The notes under the pieces are model-generated. The model saw only the letters and a list, made by a program, of their open reading frames with translations. It was not told where the DNA came from and made no database searches. Made by a program: the position numbers and the translations under genes. Shown one piece after another: positions 60,987-64,000 of a stretch of 64,000 bases of DNA (its first letter is position 1; the number at the start of each line of letters is the position of its first letter). Source of the DNA: an uncultured Actinomycetes bacterium (GTDB lineage: Bacteria; Actinomycetota; Thermoleophilia; UBA2241); the NCBI GenBank assembly GCA_963709345.1, contig CAVPVX010000011.1, positions 320,001 to 384,000 of the forward strand. The letters run 5' to 3'.

Positions 60987-61958
60987 CTACTTCAGTTGCG
61001 CGTCCAGCCAGTCGAGCACCTTCTCGACGTTCGCCGGCGTGAAGAACGCCGGGTCCACGTGGCGGGCGCCCGGGAGCAGTTCGAGGGTGACCATACCGGA
61101 GCCGAGCGTCTGCGAGAGCGCCTCCGCCAGGCGCGTGGACTGCTGCGTCGGCACGGTGCCGTCGTCGGTGCCGTGCTGGATGAGGAAGGGCGGGTCGTCG
61201 GCGGTGATGTACGTGATGGGATCGGCGGCCCTGACCTTGCCGGGGACCGTCTTCAGGGGCGCGCCGAGGTAGCGCGAGAGCCTGGAGTCCAGGGCGCTGT
61301 GGTCGGTGTCGCCGGCGCCCCCGGCGCGGAAGTCGTGGTCCGTCTGCAGAAACGAGATGGGACCGCACCAGTCGACGACGGCCTGGATCCTGTCGGACTC
61401 GCCGGCGTTCGCGGGGCTCGGGCCGGCAAGCGCGGCGATGCCGCCGGACGTGCCGGCCAGAGCCGCAAGGTTGCCGCCGGCCGAGTGGCCCCAGGCGGCT
61501 ATGCGCTCCGGGTCGAGCCCGTACTCGCCGGCGTGGGCGCGCAGCCAGCGCACGGCGGCCTTGACGTCGCTGATCGCCGCCGGGAAGGTGGCCTCGCCGC
61601 TGAGCCTGTAGCCCACGGCGGCGACCGCGTAGCCGCGCCTGAGGCCGGCGAGCGCGGAGTCCGTCGGCCGGACCGTCTTGTCGCCCATGGCGAACCCGCC
61701 GCCGTGCAGCGCGACGATCACGGGGTGTGGCGCCTCGCCCGTCGGCGGCAGGTACAGGTCGAGCGTCTGCGCGGGTGAGGCGCCGTCGTACGGCAGGTCG
61801 GTGAAAACCGACGCGGGCTGCGGGGCGCCGGCGCCCGAGCCGTCCGCCGGCGCCGTCCCGCTCGGGCTCTCGCCGCAGGCGGCGAGAGCGAGCGCGGCAG
61901 TGAGAGTCAGCAGCGCCGCCGTCAGCGCCGTGAGCTTCGTCCGGAGGGCACGGGTCAT
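60987..61958 (-). CDS. Alpha/beta hydrolase lipoprotein (HSL-like esterase)
   Basis: Lipobox LAAC; HGGGF, GHSAGG, HGTDD..VP, GARH. Confidence 0.88.
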   Translation of the reverse strand: MTRALRTKLTALTAALLTLTAALALAACGESPSGTAPADGSGAGAPQPASVFTDLPYDGASPAQTLDLYLPPTGEAPHPVIVALHGGGFAMGDKTVRPTDSALAGLRRGYAVAAVGYRLSGEATFPAAISDVKAAVRWLRAHAGEYGLDPERIAAWGHSAGGNLAALAGTSGGIAALAGPSPANAGESDRIQAVVDWCGPISFLQTDHDFRAGGAGDTDHSALDSRLSRYLGAPLKTVPGKVRAADPITYITADDPPFLIQHGTDDGTVPTQQSTRLAEALSQTLGSGMVTLELLPGARHVDPAFFTPANVEKVLDWLDAQLK

Positions 61959-62037
61959 GCTGCGATGATAGCTCGGGGCCGGCGCCGGGACGACTGCCGG
62001 CGGCCCCACACGACGGCCGCGACCGCCTGCCCGCCGG

Positions 62038-62575
62038 TCAGCGGTCGCTCTGCAGCGCCTCGTAGGGGATGGGGCGCTTGTGGGCGGCGACGCCGTCGAA
62101 GAGGCCGTAGACCAGGTAGCCGTCGCTGCAGACCGTGATGACGACGGCTCCGTCGAGCTTCTGCGGGTTGGCGCCGGTGAACGGGAAGTGCGTGGTGAGG
62201 TTGACGTTCGCCATCCTGGTCGTCGTGCGGTCGGCGATGACCACCGCCGCCGAGGTCGCGGCGGCGGCCTGACCCGAATGGATGATGGCTGCGCTGCCGC
62301 TCACCGGGTTGCGCACCTGGCCGGCGTAGGTCGCGATGAGGGCGTCGCGCAGGGCGATTCGGGGGTTGGCGGCCGGCGGCTGCGGGGGGTCGTCGAGGGC
62401 CAAGAGGTGCGTCACCATGTTGTGCACGTTGCTCTGCACGGCCGCGTCCTTGGCCGACTCCCGCGCGCTTGCGTACATGGGCACCGCGATCGCGGCCAAG
62501 GATGCCGAGGATGACGATGACTATGAGCACCTCGACGAGCGTGAACCCGCGCTGATCTGTGCGTCTGCGTGACAT
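62038..62575 (-). CDS. Type IV pilin / prepilin-type protein; frameshift near 62497
   Basis: QRG|FTLVEVLIVIVILGIL then shifted AAIAVPMY..ARESAKDAAV. Confidence 0.8.
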
Positions 62576-62894
62576 GTGAGCGACTCCCGGAGTGCGATGA
62601 TGACGGTGGTTCGTGGTCCTCACTCCAAGTCTGCCCGCGGCTGCCGAGGCCGGTCTGGGTCATTCGTCCAGAGTACGGTCGCCGGGCCGGACCGCCGGCC
62701 GGGACCGCGGGACTGCGGGCTCGCGGGCGCGGGCTCGCCGGGCCGAGGGCCCGGCGGCGCGCATCGCGCACCGGTGACGGCCCGCCCTTGATTCGGTACG
62801 CTGCGGGGGTATCGTGTTCACTGGGGAGGGGGTGGCCGTGAGATCCGGACTGTGCGACGAGCGACGTGAGCCGCGGTCGTGGCGCGGGCGGCGG

Positions 62895-63326
62895 ATGCGC
62901 TGTACCGCCGCCGCACTGCTCGCGCTCGTGTGTCTGCTGCTCACGCCGGCGGGCTGCGGGAGCGGCGCTCCCGACGACAACGAGCCGAACGACGAGCCCG
63001 GCGAGGCGACCGTGCTCGCGCCGGGAACGCCCATCGAGGGCGCCATCGGCGCGGACGACGCAGACGTCTTTCGCTGCGACGCCCCCGGCGGCCGCACGCC
63101 GAACCCGTTCGTCGTCACGGTGCTGACCGACGCGCCGCGGAGCATCGACCTGCAGGTTGGCGCCAGCACCCCGGGGGCGTGGGAGGGCATCACCTGGCCC
63201 GGGTGGGACGCCGTCGCCGGGGAGGACCGGGTGGAGGTCGCGGCCGGGCTCCGCAAAGGGACGGTGCTCATGGTCCTGACGGGCGAGAAGGGAACCGGGT
63301 ACTCGATCGAGATCGTCTGGAAGTGA
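62895..63326 (+). CDS. Hypothetical lipoprotein (PPC-like beta sandwich)
   Basis: Lipobox-like PAGC; DNEPND, G.IGADDADVF, YSIEI. Confidence 0.6.
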   Translation: MRCTAAALLALVCLLLTPAGCGSGAPDDNEPNDEPGEATVLAPGTPIEGAIGADDADVFRCDAPGGRTPNPFVVTVLTDAPRSIDLQVGASTPGAWEGITWPGWDAVAGEDRVEVAAGLRKGTVLMVLTGEKGTGYSIEIVWK

Positions 63327-63351
63327 CCCCCGGCGCGAGAGGAGACGTGGC

Positions 63352-63720
63352 ATGATCCAGATCATCGAGGGCGCGCCCGAGGGCGTGCTGGCGTTCGAGG
63401 CCGTGGGCGAGGTGGACGCGCAGGATTACGAGGACGTGCTGAAGCCGGCCGTCGAGGAGTCTCTGGCCGGTGGGAACAAGCTCCGCTTCGTCTTCGAGAT
63501 CGGCGCCGAGTTCGACCGCTACACGGCGGGAGCGGAGTGGGAGGACATGGCGCTGGGGTTCGCCCACCTCGGCGACTGGCAGCGCTGCGCTCTGGTCACC
63601 GACGTCGACTGGGTGCGGCACGCAGCCAAGGCGCTCGGATGGCTCATGGGCGGCCGCCTCCGTGTCTTCGACATCGACGAGCTCAAGGCGGCGCTGGAGT
63701 GGGCGGCGTCGGACGACTGA
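63352..63720 (+). CDS. STAS/SEC14 (SpoIIAA-like) domain protein
   Basis: VLAFEAVGEV..QDY..VL.P, W.D..LG, RCALVTDVDW, ALEWA. Confidence 0.88.
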   Translation: MIQIIEGAPEGVLAFEAVGEVDAQDYEDVLKPAVEESLAGGNKLRFVFEIGAEFDRYTAGAEWEDMALGFAHLGDWQRCALVTDVDWVRHAAKALGWLMGGRLRVFDIDELKAALEWAASDD

Positions 63721-63759
63721 GGTCGCACGCGAGCGCACGGCGCGGGGTGACTGGATGTC

Positions 63760-64000
63760 CTGACGAGGGGCGCGAGGTGCTCGAGGACGTGCCGCCGCGC
63801 TGCCTCGCGGATGGCCGCCAGCTCGACGGCCAGGAGCAGGTGGCCGCCGCGCTCGAAGCCGACCAGCCGTGCGCCCGGGATGGCGACGGCGGCGAACTCG
63901 GCGTTGTGGTAGAGCTGCAGCGAGTCGTCCCGGGCATGGAGGATCAGAGTCGGGGCGCGGACGGCGGCGATGCGCTCGCCCGGCAGCGCCGTCGTGTTGT
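63760..64000 (-). CDS. Alpha/beta hydrolase, C-terminal part (runs off window; stop uncertain)
   Basis: IAAVRAPTLILHARDD...AIPGARLVGFERGGH; frame stays open into the neighbouring gene until 63519. Confidence 0.7.

Overview
Very GC-rich bacterial chromosomal segment. Gene content and style suggest a deep-branching actinobacterium such as Thermoleophilia; this is inference. It carries a housekeeping block (mtnA, NDP-sugar nucleotidyltransferase, comF, hpf, secA, prfB), a DEAD-box helicase, tRNA-Val(GAC), a fluoride riboswitch-crcB-DUF190 unit and a complete trpEGDCFBA operon. Accessory genes include two ADA-family deaminases, SDRs, a Grx-TrxR fusion, a lipoprotein MsrA, capA, budA and pilin-like genes. 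I found no CRISPR array, IS element, integrase or rRNA. Roughly a dozen otherwise intact genes carry single-base frameshifts, most likely long-read errors, so every frameshift-based hypothesis needs read-level checking. The main unannotated signal is a sigma28/WhiG-type promoter motif (TnnAG-N15-(G/C)CCGATA(G/C)) in front of a 7-PAS phosphodiesterase, a hybrid kinase-diguanylate cyclase operon, an orphan Thoeris-ThsB-like TIR protein lacking its catalytic Glu, and a DUF5684 protein. Three of these leaders also have a start codon 5 nt after the -10 box and a GTGCGT(C/G)GG (Cys-Val-Gly) element. Other notable items: a vestigial prfB frameshift site, an out-of-frame Trp-containing uORF over the trpE start, a diverged msrA...budA duplication enclosing a beta-helix gene, and many internally deleted gene relics.
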